Assembly: GCA_963663475.2 (NCBI GenBank)
Contig: CAXXJV010000001.1
Location: 2,272,001 to 2,336,000, forward strand
Reading direction: 5' to 3'
Origin: Candidatus Cloacimonadales bacterium
Lineage (GTDB): Bacteria > Cloacimonadota > Cloacimonadia > Cloacimonadales > JAFGVF01
Length of the DNA: 64,000 nucleotides
The position numbers and the translations under genes are program-made. Positions 62,618 to 64,000 of the stretch are shown piece after piece. Position 1 is the first letter of the stretch. Every line of letters begins with the position of its first letter. The notes under the pieces were generated by a model. The model saw only the letters and a list, made by a program, of their open reading frames with translations, did not search any database and had not been told where the DNA came from.

Positions 62618-62661
62618 AATTATCATTAATTAAGAAGGTTAAATCCTCTGGTGTCTCCTTT

Positions 62662-62916
62662 AACCCAAAGGGGATAAATAGTTTAGCCCGGGGTAAATTC
62701 CTGAAGGGAATGCAACCCCGGGTACTGGATGTAAAACAAAGCCTAACCCTGAAAGGGTTAAATAACATCATATATACCATAGACTTATTATAATACATTA
62801 TTTATCATTTTATTAAACCTTCCAGGGTAATATCTTTGGGCTAGCCATCATTACCCAGGCTTGTGATACTTTCAGCATTTTACCCTGGGCTAAATTATTT
62901 TATCCCTTTCAGGGAT
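62662..62916. repeat. REP-doublet-like imperfect inverted repeat (~100-bp arms) built from CCCTGAAAGGG hairpins
   Basis: Left arm ...GGGATAAATAGTTTAGCCCGGGGTAAA...TAACCCTGAAAGGGTTAAATAA. Right arm reverse complement ATCCCTGAAAGGGATAAAATAATTTAGCCCAGGGTAAA...TACCCTGGAAGGTTTAATAA. Confidence 0.8.
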
Positions 62917-63159
62917 TTTTGATGAATCAATTAGTAATGAAATATTCTCATTTTCCAATATTATTACCACCGACTTGAACTTGAGCCTAATTTTACTGAT
63001 AGGAGTAGGTGTTGCTTGGTAAAAAGGATGCAATCCTGAAAGGATAAGTAGTAGATTTCCAGGGGGGATATTTGTAGAATGGTTAAACTGAGCTAGAAAG
63101 ACTAATTAGAGTGATAAAAGGGATTCATTAGATTATTTAAGATACAGCTTATATTCCTA

Positions 63160-63187
63160 TTGACATCTAATCAGGCTAAATTATCAT
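63160..63187 (+). promoter_or_regulatory. putative sigma70 promoter for the carboxypeptidase gene
   Basis: TTGACA-16 nt-TATCAT, then AGGAG SD. Confidence 0.5.
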
Positions 63188-63222
63188 AGCATAAAAAAGA
63201 TATAAATTAGGAGCTCAAGCCT

Positions 63223-64000
63223 ATGAAAGTAAAATTTATTTTATTTATAGCCCTGCTATTTACCACTATGATTAATCTTTATTCAAGTGACTATCAAGAG
63301 TACTATTTCAAAGTCCCTTATCAAAGTAATAAGAAAATCAATGAACTTAATGAAATATGTTCAGTTGATAAATTTGACAAGCATTTCGTTTATGCTTATG
63401 CAAATCCCCAAGAATTTGCTAAAGTAATCCTAAATTTTCCTAAATACCAATTACTTACCAATCCATCTAAAGAATTTCAAGTCCCCATGGCCAAAAATGT
63501 ATCAGAGATGAGAGATTGGGATTCCTATCCTTCCTATTCAACTTATGTCACTATGATGAATCAATTTGCTATAGATTATCCCAATTTATGCAGTGTAGAA
63601 ACAATTGGGATGTCTGTTGATAACCGAGAAATAATTGTTGCCAAGATATCAGATAATGTGGCTATTGATGAAGCAGAACCAAAGTTTTTTTATTCAGGAC
63701 AGATGCATGGTGATGAAATTGTGTGTTCTATACTTTTTTTAAGATTGATTGATTACTTACTGGAAAACTATGCTAATGATCCTGAGATTTCTCAGATAAT
63801 CAATAATAGTCAGATATATATTAATCCTTTAGCTAATCCAGATGGTTTATATACTGATAATGATGAAAGCGTCTATGGTGCTACAAGATATAATGCAAAT
63901 GGTGTAGATTTAAACAGAAATTATCCTGGTGCAAATGGCAATCCAAATCCAGATGATAATCCTGTTCAGGTGGAGAATCTAGCTATGATGAATTTTGCAG
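63223..64000 (+). CDS. secreted M14 zinc carboxypeptidase, 5' part (runs off window)
   Basis: Hand translation: signal peptide MKVKFILFIALLFTT, WDSYPSY, KISDN..DEAEP, MHGDE (HxxE), NPLANPDG, RYNANGVDLNRNYP. Confidence 0.9.
   Translation, partial: MKVKFILFIALLFTTMINLYSSDYQEYYFKVPYQSNKKINELNEICSVDKFDKHFVYAYANPQEFAKVILNFPKYQLLTNPSKEFQVPMAKNVSEMRDWDSYPSYSTYVTMMNQFAIDYPNLCSVETIGMSVDNREIIVAKISDNVAIDEAEPKFFYSGQMHGDEIVCSILFLRLIDYLLENYANDPEISQIINNSQIYINPLANPDGLYTDNDESVYGATRYNANGVDLNRNYPGANGNPNPDDNPVQVENLAMMNFA

Noticed and set aside
62604-62798. 64-aa minus-strand ORF (..LFNPFRV..)
   Set aside because: It is a translation of the REP-like repeat, overlaps the ettA end and has no protein features

Overview
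AT-rich (roughly 30% GC by eye) bacterial chromosomal window, most likely Candidatus Cloacimonadota (FCB group). That assignment is inferred from the domain repertoire and C-terminal module of the giant secreted protein and is not verified. Positions 1-33 kb hold housekeeping genes: cdsA (partial), uppS, prfB with an intact +1 frameshift, mscS, cysS, rsmD, comEA-like, ruvX, mltG, rph, rlmL/rlmG-like, an orphan ABC solute-binding protein, thrS, kdsD, dtd, rsmB, ruvA, ruvC, yebC, a divergent EF-G paralog and class III fbp. Positions 33.3-60.1 kb form a two-gene block. The first gene is a 23-kb ORF for a 7668-aa secreted multidomain surface protein, whose C-terminal beta-helix carries nine near-invariant TNIRVRHT[T/S]NTSR motifs. 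Directly downstream is a soluble-adenylyl-cyclase-like (tandem class III cyclase + STAND NTPase + TPR) gene. This block is bracketed by two of three copies of a conserved ~70-bp palindrome. The window ends with ettA, a REP-doublet-like inverted repeat and a partial M14 carboxypeptidase. No rRNA, tRNA, CRISPR array or intact transposase was seen.
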